The notes: generated from the letters alone by a model not told the origin. DNA of 64,000 bases from an uncultured Alphaproteobacteria bacterium (GCA_963726125.1 CAVSBG010000005.1:327412-391411), one strand, 5' to 3'; counted from the first letter of the stretch, positions 37,328 through 48,968 are shown. A program made the numbers and translations.

Positions 37328-39631
37328 ATGTCAAATCGTGGCCTTTCGCTGCCTCGGCTCGAGGACGCGCGCTTCCTGACCGGTCGCGGCCGGTACATCG
37401 AGGATATCGACATTCCAGGTCAGGCCTGGATGCATGTCGTGCGTTCGCCCCATGCTCACGCAAGGATCGAGCGCATCGATACGTCGGCTGCGCACACCCT
37501 TCCTGGTGTTCTGGGCGTGTTCACGGCCGCGGAGCTTTCCAGCCTTGGACCACTGCCTTGCACGGTGCCCGTTGCGAGTATCGCGCCCATGATCGCGCCG
37601 CCGCGCCACGCGTTGGCCCCCGAACGTGCGCGCCATGTCGGCGACCCGGTCGCATTCGTCGTGGCAGAGACGCGCAACGTCGCGCGCGATGCTGCCGAGT
37701 TGGTGATGGTGGACTGGCGAGAGCTACCGGCGATCGTTGACAGCACCACCGCGATGCAGGGCGATGCTCCGCAGCTTTGGGAGCAGGCGCCCCACAATAT
37801 GTCGTATCGGTTCCAAAAGGGCGATGCGGACGCCGTTCAAACCGCGATGGGCGTGGCGGCACATGTCGTCGAGCTGGAATTGATCAACAATCGCCTCGTG
37901 ATCTGCTCGGCGGAAACACGCGGTGCGATCGGCCAGTACGACGCGACCGGGTACCATCTGATGTTCTCCGGTGCTGGTGTGCATCAATTGCAATCGCAGC
38001 TCGCGGATAACGTGTTCCAGGTGCCGCGCGAACAGATGCATGTGTCATGTCCTGATGTCGGCGGCGGCTTCGGCGTCAAGAACGCGCTGTATCCCGAATG
38101 GGTGATGCTGCTGTGGGCGGCACGACAACTTTCCCGGCCCATCAAATGGATCGGCGATCGCGCCGAGGACTTCATCACCACCGCACAAGGCCGCGCCAAC
38201 GTCACACGTGCTCGGCTGGCGCTGGATGCAGATGGCAACTTCCTCGCGCTGCATGCCGAGACTATTGCCGATTTGGGCGCGTATCTCTCATCGGGCGGAC
38301 CGGGAAGTTCTACCAACGCGCCGGCCAACGCCATCGGCAGCGGCTACGTGATTCCGGCGATCTTCATGGACGTGCGCGGCGTGTTCACCAACACCGTGCC
38401 GATCGATGCCTATCGCGGCGCGGGAAAACCAGAAGTCAACTACATGATCGAGCGGCTGATCGATGAAGCCGCGCGACACTGCGGTTTCGATGCGATAGAA
38501 CTGCGGCGACGCAATCTGGTGCGCGAGTTCCCATACCGCAAGGCGCTGGGCACGGTCATCGATGGCGGCCGCTTCGCCGACAATCTGGACGACGCGCTCG
38601 TTGCTGCGGACCACGCTGGCTTTCCGCAACGACGCGATGTAGCGAAGCGACGGCGCTTGCTGCGTGGCATCGGTGTGACCTGCTTCATGGAGACGGCACG
38701 CGGTGCCCCCAACGAAGGTGCGGAGGTGCGTTTCCAGGATGACGGCCGCGTGGCGCTAGTCGTTGGCACACAGTCCAATGGGATGGGGCACGAGACGGCG
38801 TATGCGCAGATCGCCGCCGATCTGATGGGCCTGCCGATGGAGGCGTTTCGCTACCTGCAGGCGGATACAAGTGAGGTGCGTGCCGGCAATGGGCATGGCG
38901 GTGCGCGTTCGATGCACATGGGCGGTGCGGCGCTCTGCAAGACGGTGGACACGATGCTGGCGAAGGGTCGTGTGATTGCCGCGCGACTACTGCAGGCGAC
39001 CGAACAGCAGATGGTCTTCATCGATGGTCGGTTCATCGTGCGCGACGATCCTGACCGCTCGATCGACCTGCTCGCACTGGCACGCGCCGCGCGTGATCCT
39101 GCCAATGTGCCGGATGGGATTTCTCCAGGTCTGGACACATATGTCTGGAATCTGCTCGATGTTATCACCTTCCCCAACGGATGCCACATCGCGGAAGTGG
39201 AGATCGATCCAGAGACCGGCGCGATGACCTTGGAGCGCTATACCGCCGTCGACGATTTTGGCACCCTCATCAACCCGATGTTGACGGTGGGACAGATCCA
39301 GGGGGGCGTCGCGCAGGGTATCGGTCAGGCGATGCTGGAGCATACGGTGTACGATCCGGAGTCGGGCCAACTGCTCAGTGGATCGTTCATGGATTATGCG
39401 TTGCCGTATGCGGGCGACCTGCCTGACTTCGACATCACGCTGACCGGCGTGCCGACCAATGCCAACCCACTGGGGGTAAAGGGATCCGGCCAGGCTGGCG
39501 CCATTGCCGCGCCGCAGGCGATCATCGCCGCGGTGCTGGATGCGCTGGCGCCGCTCGGTGTCACGCATATCGACATGCCGGCCACGCCGGAACGCATCTG
39601 GCGCGCGATCAAGGAGGTTAAAGGTACATGA
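37328..39631 (+). CDS. xanthine dehydrogenase/CoxL-family molybdopterin-binding subunit (form II-like loop)
   Basis: The 767-aa protein begins [20 protein letters not shown]. It carries the loop AYRGAGKPE and a C-terminal [15 protein letters not shown] see no adjacent FAD (CoxM) or [2Fe-2S] (CoxS) subunit genes. Confidence 0.9.
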   Translation: MSNRGLSLPRLEDARFLTGRGRYIEDIDIPGQAWMHVVRSPHAHARIERIDTSAAHTLPGVLGVFTAAELSSLGPLPCTVPVASIAPMIAPPRHALAPERARHVGDPVAFVVAETRNVARDAAELVMVDWRELPAIVDSTTAMQGDAPQLWEQAPHNMSYRFQKGDADAVQTAMGVAAHVVELELINNRLVICSAETRGAIGQYDATGYHLMFSGAGVHQLQSQLADNVFQVPREQMHVSCPDVGGGFGVKNALYPEWVMLLWAARQLSRPIKWIGDRAEDFITTAQGRANVTRARLALDADGNFLALHAETIADLGAYLSSGGPGSSTNAPANAIGSGYVIPAIFMDVRGVFTNTVPIDAYRGAGKPEVNYMIERLIDEAARHCGFDAIELRRRNLVREFPYRKALGTVIDGGRFADNLDDALVAADHAGFPQRRDVAKRRRLLRGIGVTCFMETARGAPNEGAEVRFQDDGRVALVVGTQSNGMGHETAYAQIAADLMGLPMEAFRYLQADTSEVRAGNGHGGARSMHMGGAALCKTVDTMLAKGRVIAARLLQATEQQMVFIDGRFIVRDDPDRSIDLLALARAARDPANVPDGISPGLDTYVWNLLDVITFPNGCHIAEVEIDPETGAMTLERYTAVDDFGTLINPMLTVGQIQGGVAQGIGQAMLEHTVYDPESGQLLSGSFMDYALPYAGDLPDFDITLTGVPTNANPLGVKGSGQAGAIAAPQAIIAAVLDALAPLGVTHIDMPATPERIWRAIKEVKGT

Positions 39632-41217
39632 TCGGACGGCGGCAACTAGGTCTTGGTGCCGCGGCGCTTGCCCTGGCACCCGTCACCCATCGCGTCGCAA
39701 GGGCTGACGAGGCGAAGAACGTGTTGCGTGTCGTGCCACAGGCAGAACCACAGGTGTTCGATCCCCATCAGTCTGGTGTGAACGCGACACAAGAACATGT
39801 AGCGCTGATCTACGACACCCTGTTCAGCTGGGACGCCAACATGGTTGCCCAGCCGCAGATGGTGCAGACCTGGACCAGGTCGGATGACGGATTGCTGTAC
39901 AGCTTCACCCTGCGCCCGGGTCTTAGGTTCCACGATCTCAGCCCTGTGACGTCGCGTGATGTCGTGGCAACGCTGCGACGCCTGCTGGTGCGCGATACCC
40001 AGAACCAGATCCTCGCCAGTTTGATCGCCGAACTGCAGGTTAAGGACGAGCAGACGTTCACGCTTCGATTGAAAGAGCCATTCCACTACGTCGACTTCCT
40101 GCTGTGCGGCAGCAATGGCGTGATGGGTGGCATCATGCGCGAACAGGACGCGCTGACCGATCCCTACAAGCCGATAACGTCACGCATCGGCTCCGGTCCG
40201 TTCCGCTTCGTGGAGTCCGAATATCGCCCGGGCAACAAGCTGGTCTATGAGAAGTTCGCAGAGTATGTGCCGCGCACCGAACCTGCCAGCGGATTTGCCG
40301 GCGGCAAGCGTGTTCTGGTTGATCGTGTGGAATGGCTGATCCTGCCGGACACGGCGGTGGCCTACGCCGCGCTGCGCCAGGGCGAGGTCGATTTCCTCGA
40401 TGCGCCGCCGCTTGATCTGCTGCCCACCGTCGCAAGTGACAAGAATATCGTCATCGGTCAGGTCTGGCCGATCGAGACTTACGCTGTGCTGCGCTTCAAC
40501 TCATTGTGGCCTCCCTTTGACAATGTGAAGGCACGTCAGGCAGTGGCGCATGCGGTGAGCCAGCGGGACTATATGTCCGCGGCCTATGGCGATCCGAATT
40601 ACTGGCGTGAATGCTATGCTTTCTGGGTCTGCGGCAGTCCGAACGGCACCGAAGTTGGTTCCGAGGATTACCGCAAACCGGATCTGGACAAAGCCCGCGC
40701 GCTGGTGCGTGAGTTCGGCTATGATGGCCGACCGGTGGTGCTGATCGGTGGCTCCGACGTGCTGCCGTATCAGCGCATGAGCCTGATCACGGCTGATCTG
40801 CTGAAGCAGATTGGCATGAATGTGGACATGCAGATGACCGACTGGGGCAGTGTGGCGGCACGCCGTGCCAAGAAGGACGCGCCGACGAAAGGTGGTTGGA
40901 ACCTGTTCCACACCAGCGCCAATGGTGCGCAACTCGCGAGCCCGCTCACCAGCCCATCCACAATTACCACCTGCGATGGCAAGAATTTCCCCGGCTGGCC
41001 GTGTGACCAGGTCGAGGAAGACATGCGGATGAACTACATCCGCGAGACGGATCCGGCAAAGCAACGGGCGTTATTGGACACAATGCATCGCGAACTTTGG
41101 GCATCTCTGCCATACGTGCCACTCGGTCAGTTCAAGCAGCCGTTCCTGTGGCGGAGCAACGTCAAGGGCGTCCTGCAGACCAATACCGTTGTGTATTGGA
41201 ACATCGAGAAGACCTAG
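39628..41217 (+). CDS. ABC-transporter substrate-binding protein, family 5 (peptide/opine/nickel type), Tat-like leader
   Basis: The leader is [18 protein letters not shown]. Family-5 text is present ([29 protein letters not shown]), and the length is 529 aa. Confidence 0.85.
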   Translation: MIGRRQLGLGAAALALAPVTHRVARADEAKNVLRVVPQAEPQVFDPHQSGVNATQEHVALIYDTLFSWDANMVAQPQMVQTWTRSDDGLLYSFTLRPGLRFHDLSPVTSRDVVATLRRLLVRDTQNQILASLIAELQVKDEQTFTLRLKEPFHYVDFLLCGSNGVMGGIMREQDALTDPYKPITSRIGSGPFRFVESEYRPGNKLVYEKFAEYVPRTEPASGFAGGKRVLVDRVEWLILPDTAVAYAALRQGEVDFLDAPPLDLLPTVASDKNIVIGQVWPIETYAVLRFNSLWPPFDNVKARQAVAHAVSQRDYMSAAYGDPNYWRECYAFWVCGSPNGTEVGSEDYRKPDLDKARALVREFGYDGRPVVLIGGSDVLPYQRMSLITADLLKQIGMNVDMQMTDWGSVAARRAKKDAPTKGGWNLFHTSANGAQLASPLTSPSTITTCDGKNFPGWPCDQVEEDMRMNYIRETDPAKQRALLDTMHRELWASLPYVPLGQFKQPFLWRSNVKGVLQTNTVVYWNIEKT

Positions 41218-42021
41218 ATGACTGCTCAGGATTTTCTGCTGGCGGCTGGAGACGCGCAGCTCGACGTGCGCGATCTAGGCGCCGGGCCCCTGTTGGTTCT
41301 GCTGCCGGGGCTGGGCCGCCCGAGTTCCGATCTTGATCTGTTCGCGGCTCGGCTTGTCGAGGCCGGATATCGTGTTGTGCTGCCGCAGCCACGTGGCATC
41401 GGCGCGAGCACGGGGCCGCTGGAGCACCTGACCCTGCACGATCTCGCGCGCGACATTGCCGCGGTGATAGAGGCGGTGGGTGGTGAGCCTGCCGTGGTCA
41501 TTGGCCACGCGTTCGGCAACCGCATTGCCCGCTGCCTGGCCGCCGATCGCCCCGACCTTGTGCGCCTCGTCGTTTTGCTGTCGTCAAGCGGCAAGGTGCA
41601 GCCGACTGCGGACATCGCGGAAGCGATTCGTCTGGCGCAAGCGATCGACACACCGCCTGACGTGCGCGCGCGGGCGGTGCGTGACGCATGGTTCGCGCCG
41701 GGCAGCGATATCAATCGGTGGCTTGATGGCTGGTCGCAGCCGGTGATGCGTGCCTATCTTGCCGCCGCCGAAGCCACACCGGTGGAGGATTGGTGGACGG
41801 CGGGACAGGCGGATGTGCTGATCGTACAAGGCATCAGCGACGTCAGTGCACCGGTTGGCAACGGTCGATTGCTGCGCGAAGAGATCGGAAACCGCGCCAC
41901 ATTGATCGAACTGACCGACGTCGGCCATGCCCTGCCAGTTGAGAAGCCAAACCTGGTAGCGGATACAGTGATCCACTGCTTGCGAGCGCGCAACGAGGAC
42001 TGGAGCAGCCAACATGGATAA
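41218..42021 (+). CDS. alpha/beta-fold hydrolase
   Basis: There are an oxyanion region (LLVLLPGLG), a nucleophile-elbow-like GHAFG (Ala at the nucleophile position) and a C-terminal GH (DVGHALPVE). Confidence 0.8.
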   Translation: MTAQDFLLAAGDAQLDVRDLGAGPLLVLLPGLGRPSSDLDLFAARLVEAGYRVVLPQPRGIGASTGPLEHLTLHDLARDIAAVIEAVGGEPAVVIGHAFGNRIARCLAADRPDLVRLVVLLSSSGKVQPTADIAEAIRLAQAIDTPPDVRARAVRDAWFAPGSDINRWLDGWSQPVMRAYLAAAEATPVEDWWTAGQADVLIVQGISDVSAPVGNGRLLREEIGNRATLIELTDVGHALPVEKPNLVADTVIHCLRARNEDWSSQHG

Positions 42022-43711
42022 CGAACCGCAGACACGCATCGCGGCCGAGGATTACCTGGATGCGCTCGCGGCCCACGACATCGATCATCTCTTCTGCAAT
42101 CCCGGCACCGACTTCGCGCCGATCGTCGAGGCGTTTGCCCGCGCGGCGCGTACCAACCGCAAAGTACCGCGGCCGATGGTCGTCCCGCACGAGAATGCCG
42201 CGCTGTCGATGGCGCACGGATACACCATGGTCACCGGTAAGCCGCAGGCTGTGATGCTGCACACCAATGTTGGTACGGCGAACTCCATCAACATGCTGAT
42301 CGACGCCAGCCGCGACCGCATTCCTTTGCTGCTGACCTCTGGCCGCACGCCGTTCACCGAGGGCGGCGCATCGGGCTCGCGCAGTGCGCACATCCATTGG
42401 GCGCAGGAGATGTATGATCAGGCCGGCATGCTGCGCGAGGTAGTGAAGTGGGACTATGAGATGAAGCGCGGCGATCAGGCCGCATCAGTGGTGGATCGCG
42501 CGCTGGAACTGGCGATGACATCGCCGAAAGGGCCGGTCTATCTGTCGCTGCCGCGCGAAGTGCTGGGTGAGGCGGCGGAGACGCCAGCGGAGAGCGGTCT
42601 TGCGCATCGGGCGCGACCGCGTGCACCGGTTCCGTCGGCGTCCGATATCGAGCAGTTGGCTGACTGGATAGCCGCCGCGCGTGCACCGCTGATCATTACC
42701 GGCCACCTCGGACAGGATCCGCGCGACGCAGTCGTGCTGGCTCGCCTCGCCAAGGATTGGGCGCTTCCTGTCATCCCGTACAACACACGCTACTTCGCCA
42801 TCTCCGCGAACCATCCGATGTTCCAAGGCTCGATGCCTGGTGATCTGCTGGAGAGCGCCGATCTGGTGATCGTGATCGAATCCGATGTACCGTGGCTGCC
42901 GAGCAAGGAGCAGCCACCAGCCGGCGCGCGTGTCGTGCAGATTGGCGAGGATCCTCTGTACGCACGTTACCCGATGCGCAGCTTTCCGTCCGACCTGACA
43001 ATAACCGCGACGGCACTGTCCGTGCTGGAAGCGCTGGAACAGGCGCTGCAAGGTCGCACCGGCGCGCATCTAGATGCAAGAAGGACGCGGCTGGTCACTC
43101 GTTCCCGTCAGCTTCACGCAGGATGGCGCCAGGAGACTGAGCAAGCTGGGCGCGGCAACAAGAACACGCTGGCCTGGCTCAACCATTGCCTGCGCGAGGT
43201 CGTGGATCGCGATACCATCGTTATTTCGGAATACTCGTTCCGCCAGGAATACTGCCCGCTGGAAACACCCGGCAGCCTGTACGCGGTAAGCGCGGCGGGC
43301 GGCCTCGGTTGGGGTTTCGGCGCCTCGCTTGGTGCCAAGCTGGCTTCGCCAGAACGCTTGGTTCTGTCGGTGCTCGGTGATGGCGCCTACATGTTCGCCA
43401 ACCCGACCGCTTGCCACTACGTCGCGCAGATGCAGAAGTTGCCGGTGCTGACGGTGATCTACAACAATGCGTTGTACGGCGCGGTGCGACGCGCGACGCT
43501 GGATATGTTCGGCAGTGGACTTGCCGCGGAAGGCGATGGTCGTCTGCTAGCCGATCTGCCGGCTCCCAGCTTCGAAAAGATCATGGCGGCGCATGATGGC
43601 CACGGCGAACGTGTCGAACGTCCGACCGATCTGCCGGGTGCGTTCCGCCGTGCCGCGGCCGCGGTGAAAGGCGGGCAGCAGGCGCTGGTGAATGTGATCT
43701 GCCCACCCTGA
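42014..43711 (+). CDS. thiamine-diphosphate-dependent enzyme (acetolactate synthase-like superfamily)
   Basis: The N-terminal pyrimidine-binding domain reads DHLFCNPGTDFAPIVEA. The ThDP motif reads LGDGAYMF...VIYNNALYG. Confidence 0.85.
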   Translation: MDNEPQTRIAAEDYLDALAAHDIDHLFCNPGTDFAPIVEAFARAARTNRKVPRPMVVPHENAALSMAHGYTMVTGKPQAVMLHTNVGTANSINMLIDASRDRIPLLLTSGRTPFTEGGASGSRSAHIHWAQEMYDQAGMLREVVKWDYEMKRGDQAASVVDRALELAMTSPKGPVYLSLPREVLGEAAETPAESGLAHRARPRAPVPSASDIEQLADWIAAARAPLIITGHLGQDPRDAVVLARLAKDWALPVIPYNTRYFAISANHPMFQGSMPGDLLESADLVIVIESDVPWLPSKEQPPAGARVVQIGEDPLYARYPMRSFPSDLTITATALSVLEALEQALQGRTGAHLDARRTRLVTRSRQLHAGWRQETEQAGRGNKNTLAWLNHCLREVVDRDTIVISEYSFRQEYCPLETPGSLYAVSAAGGLGWGFGASLGAKLASPERLVLSVLGDGAYMFANPTACHYVAQMQKLPVLTVIYNNALYGAVRRATLDMFGSGLAAEGDGRLLADLPAPSFEKIMAAHDGHGERVERPTDLPGAFRRAAAAVKGGQQALVNVICPP

Positions 43712-43716
43712 CGCTG

Positions 43717-45372
43717 ATGCGGCGTCTCACCACACGCGTGCTGGTGGTCGGCGGCGGGCCAGTCGGTACCACGCTGGCAATGGATCTGGCATGGCGCGGC
43801 ATCGATGTCGTGGTGGCTGAACAACGTCGCCGTGACGAGTTGCCGAGTGTTAAGTGCAACCACGTGGCGGCGCGCACGATGGAGATCTTCCGGCGGCTCG
43901 GCGTGGTGCGGCAAGTCCGCGACGCCGGGATGCCGCATGACCATGCGAATGATGTCGCGTTTCGCACCACCACGACTGGCATCGAGTTCGCCCGCATCAA
44001 GATACCGTGCCGACGCGATCGTTATACCGTGAAGGATGGGCCGGACGGGTGGTGGCCGACGCCGGAGCCGCCACACCGGATCAACCAGATCTATCTGGAG
44101 CCTGTGCTGGTTGAGTGTGCGGCCGCGATGCCCAACCTGCGCTATCTCGATCGCATCAAGGTGCTCGGTTTCCAACAGACCGATGAGTTGGTGACCGCGG
44201 AAGCACAGGATCTGGACACCGGCGAGATGCTGCTGATCACTGCGGATTACCTGATCGGCTGCGACGGTCCGTCTTCCACGGTTCGCCATCAGATCGATGC
44301 GCACTTTACCGGCGACGCCATGCTTGGTCGCATCCAGTCGACCTATATTCGCGCACCCACGCTCACCAGGATGATGCGGGTAGAACCCGCGTGGTCGACA
44401 CAATCACTGAACCCTCGGCGGAGCGCCAATATGTTTGCCGTCGATGGGCGTGAGACCTGGCTGATACACAACTACCTGCGTCCCGACGAAACAGACTTCG
44501 CCATGGTCGATCGCGATCGCTGCATTCGGCAGATTCTGGGCGTAGGCCCAGGCTTCGAATACCAGGTGCTGACGCAGGAGGATTGGATCGGCCGCCGCTT
44601 GCTTGCTGACAAATTCCGTGATCGGCGCGTGTTCATCTGCGGTGACGCAGCGCATATCTGGGTGCCGTTCGCCGGCTACGGCATGAATGCCGGAATCGCG
44701 GACGCGATGAATCTGTCGTGGATGCTCGCCGGTGTGCTGCAAGGCTGGGCCGAGCCAGCAATCCTCGATGCACACGAGGCGGAACGTTGGCCGATCACCG
44801 AACAGGTGTCGCGTTACGCAATGAACACCGCCGCATCGTTGGCTCGCGCCCGGGCGGAGGTGCCTGATGGCATCGAAGATGAAGGCCCGGAGGGCGACGC
44901 GGTGCGCGAGCGTTTCGGTCGAACGGTATACGATCTGAATGTGCCGCAATACTGCTGTGGCGGATTGAATTTCGGCTATTTCTACGATCGTTCGCCGATC
45001 ATCGCGTATGATGGTGAAGCGGCACCGCCGTACTCGATGTATGACTACACGCCATCCACGTCGCCCGGATGTCGTACGCCACACCTTTGGCTACGCGATG
45101 GGCGATCGCTGTACGATGCGATGGGTATCGCCTTCACATTACTGCGCTTCGATCGCTTGGCAGCCGTGGACGCATTGGTCGGTGCCGCCGCGAAGCGTAA
45201 CGTGCCACTTGCAGTTCTGGACGTGGAAGCGTCACCGCCCTATGCGCATAAGCTCGTCCTGTCGCGGCCCGATCAGCATGTAGCCTGGCGAGGCAATGCG
45301 CAGCCGGACGATGCTATGGGGCTGATGGACCTGATCCGCGGCCAGCGAGCTCCGGCACCACCTTTTGCATGA
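43717..45372 (+). CDS. FAD-dependent aromatic-ring hydroxylase-type monooxygenase
   Basis: The GxGxxG region reads VLVVGGGPVGTTLAMDLAWRGIDVVVAEQ. The GD motif reads ICGDAAHIWVPFAGYGMNAGIADAMNLSW. Confidence 0.85.
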   Translation: MRRLTTRVLVVGGGPVGTTLAMDLAWRGIDVVVAEQRRRDELPSVKCNHVAARTMEIFRRLGVVRQVRDAGMPHDHANDVAFRTTTTGIEFARIKIPCRRDRYTVKDGPDGWWPTPEPPHRINQIYLEPVLVECAAAMPNLRYLDRIKVLGFQQTDELVTAEAQDLDTGEMLLITADYLIGCDGPSSTVRHQIDAHFTGDAMLGRIQSTYIRAPTLTRMMRVEPAWSTQSLNPRRSANMFAVDGRETWLIHNYLRPDETDFAMVDRDRCIRQILGVGPGFEYQVLTQEDWIGRRLLADKFRDRRVFICGDAAHIWVPFAGYGMNAGIADAMNLSWMLAGVLQGWAEPAILDAHEAERWPITEQVSRYAMNTAASLARARAEVPDGIEDEGPEGDAVRERFGRTVYDLNVPQYCCGGLNFGYFYDRSPIIAYDGEAAPPYSMYDYTPSTSPGCRTPHLWLRDGRSLYDAMGIAFTLLRFDRLAAVDALVGAAAKRNVPLAVLDVEASPPYAHKLVLSRPDQHVAWRGNAQPDDAMGLMDLIRGQRAPAPPFA

Positions 45373-46387
45373 ACAGCGTCAGGCTCTGCGCCACGTCGTC
45401 ATAGGTCATCGGTCCAAGCCGAAACTGCATGATTACGCCGCCGACACCGATGGCGTCGACCTTCGCCAACGCCTCCGCCACTGTCGCGGGCGACCCATAG
45501 ATAAGTGAATGTTCGATCATTGTGCGTGCGGCCGGCGCCGAACCGGGTGTCGGCATAGGCACGATTGATACGCCCTGCTCCTCATACACGCGGCGACGCA
45601 TCGCTGTGCGCTCTTCATGCATCGCCTCGAACGCAGGCACTGCGATGCGTTCAGCCTCGGCATCCGTCTCGGCAACGAACACATTGCGCCAGACCCAGCA
45701 CTCGTCGACAGTGCGCGCGACGGCCGCGTCGTCCATGCCCTGTTCGCGCAACGTGCGCCGATACAGATCCATGCGCTGCCGCGTCACCTCGTTCGACTGC
45801 ACGTTCATCATGAAGGGTCGGCCGTGCTTCGCGATGTGCAGCATCCCCTCTTCGCTGGACGCCGAGCGGATCACGTACGGATGCGGCTGCGTATAGGGAC
45901 GAGGCCGCAGCATCGGCAGCTTCAGGTCCCAGAACTTGCCGTGATGTTCGAACTTTTCGCCGCGCCAGGCTTCGAACATGATGGCCTCGGCTTCCTCGAA
46001 GCGCGCCTGCGCCTCGTGATGGTCCAGGCCGTATCCCTGGTAGTCGTAGATGTTGTAGGCCGTGCCACGGCCCAATCCGACGATCAACCGGCCCTTGCTG
46101 ACGTTGTCGATCAGCGCGAGTTGCTCGGCCATGCGGATCGGATGATGCAGCGACATCTGTGCCACCGCGAAGCCGATCTTCGCGCGATGCGTTGCCACTG
46201 CCAGCATTGCCGCGAAGCTGACCGGATCGACGTAGGCGCAAATGCCGTCGAAATGATGTTCGGCGAGCCAGATCACCTCGAAGCCCAGCTCGTCCGTCAG
46301 TTGCGCCTCGCGCAGGGTTTCGTCGATCACCCGTTCGTCCTGGGTAGGATCGCGGCTTTCCGGGAACAGGAAGTTGCTGAATTTCAA
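45314..46387 (-). CDS. LLM-class (luciferase-like) flavin-dependent oxidoreductase
   Basis: A TTG start preceded by GGAGGA gives (M)KFSNFLFPESRDP...GFEVIWLAEHHF. The longer upstream extension to 46624 is rejected. The 3' end overlaps the convergent gene by 59 nt. Confidence 0.8.
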   Translation of the reverse strand: MKFSNFLFPESRDPTQDERVIDETLREAQLTDELGFEVIWLAEHHFDGICAYVDPVSFAAMLAVATHRAKIGFAVAQMSLHHPIRMAEQLALIDNVSKGRLIVGLGRGTAYNIYDYQGYGLDHHEAQARFEEAEAIMFEAWRGEKFEHHGKFWDLKLPMLRPRPYTQPHPYVIRSASSEEGMLHIAKHGRPFMMNVQSNEVTRQRMDLYRRTLREQGMDDAAVARTVDECWVWRNVFVAETDAEAERIAVPAFEAMHEERTAMRRRVYEEQGVSIVPMPTPGSAPAARTMIEHSLIYGSPATVAEALAKVDAIGVGGVIMQFRLGPMTYDDVAQSLTLFMQKVVPELAGRGSGPSAP

Positions 46388-46472
46388 GCCGAGGTCCTCC
46401 GTGCGTGCCTTTCCAACCCCCTGATAGCATGATACAGCGCAAATCCTGCAAAAGGCGTCGACGGGGACATCG

Positions 46473-47984
46473 ATGAACGACGTGAACACCAGCGTGTTGA
46501 AGTCGCGCGTGATCGAGCTGGTGGAGGAACATGCAAAGCTCGCACAGGTCGTCAACGATAGTCTATTCTCATTCGGTGAGCTTGGCTTCCATGAGGTGGA
46601 AACTGCGAAGTTCCTGACCGCCACGCTGGAACGTCACGGCTTCAAAGTGACACGCGGCGTTGCCGGCATGCCGACCGGATGGGTCGCGACGTGGGGATCC
46701 GGCGGACCGGTGATTGCGCTCGGCAGCGACACCGATGCGCTGCCGAACGTGTCACAGAAGCCGGGCGTTGCGTATCATGAGCCGCTGGTCGAAGGCGGCC
46801 CTGGACACGGTGAGGGCCACAACTCCGGCCAGGCGGTGAACATCGCCGCCGCGCTGGCGCTGAAGGAGTTGATGCAGAAGGAGGGGCTGCCTGGCACGCT
46901 GATGCTGTGGCCGGGCATCGCCGAGGAGCTGCTGGCCGGCAAGGCATTTCAGGTGCGCGATGGGTTGTTCGATGGCGTGGACGCGGTGCTGTTCACCCAT
47001 GTCGGCCACAATCTGGAAACCGGCTGGGGTGAGGTGCGTGGTGCCGGTGGGCTGATCTCGGTCGAATACGCGTTCCATGGTGCCTCGGCACACGCGGCGG
47101 CCGCACCGTGGCGCGGTCGCAGTGCGCTCGATGCTGTCGAGTTGATGAACATGGGCTGGAATGTCCGTCGCGAACACCTGCGCCCGGAACAGCGCTCGCA
47201 TTACATCATCACCTACGGTGGCGAACAGCCGAACGTCGTGCCGGCGCTGGCGAAGGTCTGGTACTACATCCGCGAGACCGACGTAGAGAATGTGCGGAAG
47301 AACTTCGACATCTGCAATCGTATCGCCGATGGCGCGGCGATGATGACGGATACGGAGGTCAGCCGGCGCATGCTCGGCGCGTCGTGGCCACGCCACTACA
47401 ATCGTGTCCTGGCGGAGACGTTGCAGTCCAATATCGAACGCATTGGCTTGCCAACCTGGACGGAGGACGACGAGAACTTCGCGAGGGCCGTGCAGCGCGC
47501 GGCGGGTGGCGCGGAGGTGGGGCTGACGAAGCAGGTAGCGAAGATCTCCACCAGTCCATTCAGTCCCGGCACCGACGACATTGGTGATGTGTCCTGGGTG
47601 GTGCCGACAGTGCAGCTTCGCTATCCGGCAAACATGGCGAGCCTGCCCGGTCATCACTGGTCCAATGCGATGGCGATGGCAACGCCGATAGCGCACAAGG
47701 GCGTCGTCGCTGGTGCCAAGGTATTGGCGGCAACGGTGCTCGATCTGCTGCTGCAGCCAGAGCTGATCAGCGAGACCAAGCGCTACTTCACCGACGTGCA
47801 GACCAAGGACAAGCAGTACGAGCCGTTCATCGGTCCGGATGACAAGCCGCCGCTCGATCTGAATGAAACGGTGATGCAGAAGTTCCGCCCGCTGATGCGG
47901 CCATTTTACTATGACGCCGACAAATACGATACGTATCTGGAGCAGTTGGGCGTGCAATATCCGGTACTCGAACGCCCGGCCTGA
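46473..47984 (+). CDS. M20-family amidohydrolase (AbgB-like)
   Basis: The metal-binding region reads SDTDALP...GPGHGEGHNSGQA. The length is 503 aa and the architecture is typical of the AbgB-like M20 subgroup. Confidence 0.8.
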   Translation: MNDVNTSVLKSRVIELVEEHAKLAQVVNDSLFSFGELGFHEVETAKFLTATLERHGFKVTRGVAGMPTGWVATWGSGGPVIALGSDTDALPNVSQKPGVAYHEPLVEGGPGHGEGHNSGQAVNIAAALALKELMQKEGLPGTLMLWPGIAEELLAGKAFQVRDGLFDGVDAVLFTHVGHNLETGWGEVRGAGGLISVEYAFHGASAHAAAAPWRGRSALDAVELMNMGWNVRREHLRPEQRSHYIITYGGEQPNVVPALAKVWYYIRETDVENVRKNFDICNRIADGAAMMTDTEVSRRMLGASWPRHYNRVLAETLQSNIERIGLPTWTEDDENFARAVQRAAGGAEVGLTKQVAKISTSPFSPGTDDIGDVSWVVPTVQLRYPANMASLPGHHWSNAMAMATPIAHKGVVAGAKVLAATVLDLLLQPELISETKRYFTDVQTKDKQYEPFIGPDDKPPLDLNETVMQKFRPLMRPFYYDADKYDTYLEQLGVQYPVLERPA

Positions 47985-47999
47985 CGCGGGGGAACAAAC

Positions 48000-48959
48000 A
48001 TGGCCATCATTGTTGGCAGCGGCGACTACCGCTACGAGCAAATCGACAATTGGGCGAAGATCCCATCGGGATGGTCGATCCCCGAGGTCGGCGCTGTCGG
48101 TGTCGACAATCAGGACAATGTCTACGTCTTCAACCGCGGCGAGCATCCCATGATGGTGTTCGATCGCGACGGCAACTTCCTCCGTGCCTGGGGTGAAGGT
48201 CTGTTCCCTCGGGCGCATGGCCTGCACATGGCGCCGGACGGCACGGTGTTCCTCACCGACGACGGCGATCATTCGGTGCGGCAGTGCACGCTCGACGGCA
48301 AGGTTCTGCTGACGCTGGGCACGCCCGGCAAGCCGGCGCCATTCATGGGCGGCGAGCCATTCCATCGCTGCACGCACACCGCCCTCTCGCCGAAAGGCGA
48401 GATCTACGTATCGGACGGATACGGCAACGCTCGCGTCCACAAGTATTCGCCGGATGGCCGACTGCTGTTGTCGTGGGGTGCATCCGGTACCGAGCCAGGC
48501 CAATTCAACCTGGTGCACAATATCTCCTGCGATCCCGACGGCTGGGTATACGTTGCAGATCGCGAGAACCATCGCATCCAGGTGTTCGACGGCAACGGCA
48601 AGTACGAGACGCAGTTCAACAACCTGCACCGCCCGTGCGGCATCTTCATGCCGTACTGCTCGTGCCCGATCTGCTATGTTGGAGAGCTCGGGCCGGCAAC
48701 CCGTACCAACCGCAACTACCCCAACCTCGGCCCACGTCTGTCGATCATCGACAACAAGGGAAACCTGCTGGCGCGCATCGGAGGGCAGCATCCTGGCACC
48801 GGGCCCACCGACTACATCGGGCCGCACGGTCTGTGCGTCGATTCCCACGGCGACATCTATATCGGCGAGGTGTCGCGCACGCTGTGGCCGCAGTACTTCG
48901 CGGACCAGCCGATACCGGATGATGTTCGATGCCTGCGCAAGCTGCGCAAGATCAGTTGA
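48000..48959 (+). CDS. NHL-repeat six-bladed propeller, peptidyl-alpha-hydroxyglycine alpha-amidating lyase-like
   Basis: Recurrent NHL blades are present: VYVFNRGEHPMMVFDRDGNFL, VFLTDDGDHSVRQCTLDGKVL, IYVSDGYGNARVHKYSPDGRLL, VYVADRENHRIQVFDGNGKY and IYIGEV. Confidence 0.8.
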   Translation: MAIIVGSGDYRYEQIDNWAKIPSGWSIPEVGAVGVDNQDNVYVFNRGEHPMMVFDRDGNFLRAWGEGLFPRAHGLHMAPDGTVFLTDDGDHSVRQCTLDGKVLLTLGTPGKPAPFMGGEPFHRCTHTALSPKGEIYVSDGYGNARVHKYSPDGRLLLSWGASGTEPGQFNLVHNISCDPDGWVYVADRENHRIQVFDGNGKYETQFNNLHRPCGIFMPYCSCPICYVGELGPATRTNRNYPNLGPRLSIIDNKGNLLARIGGQHPGTGPTDYIGPHGLCVDSHGDIYIGEVSRTLWPQYFADQPIPDDVRCLRKLRKIS

Positions 48960-48968
48960 GGACCTGTC

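Noticed and set aside
46752-48848. A 698-aa ORF on the minus strand spanning the M20 and NHL genes.
   Set aside because: It is antisense to two genes with clear family signatures. Its translation is Arg/His/Val-rich with no recognisable motif. This is a typical stop-free antisense frame in high-GC DNA.
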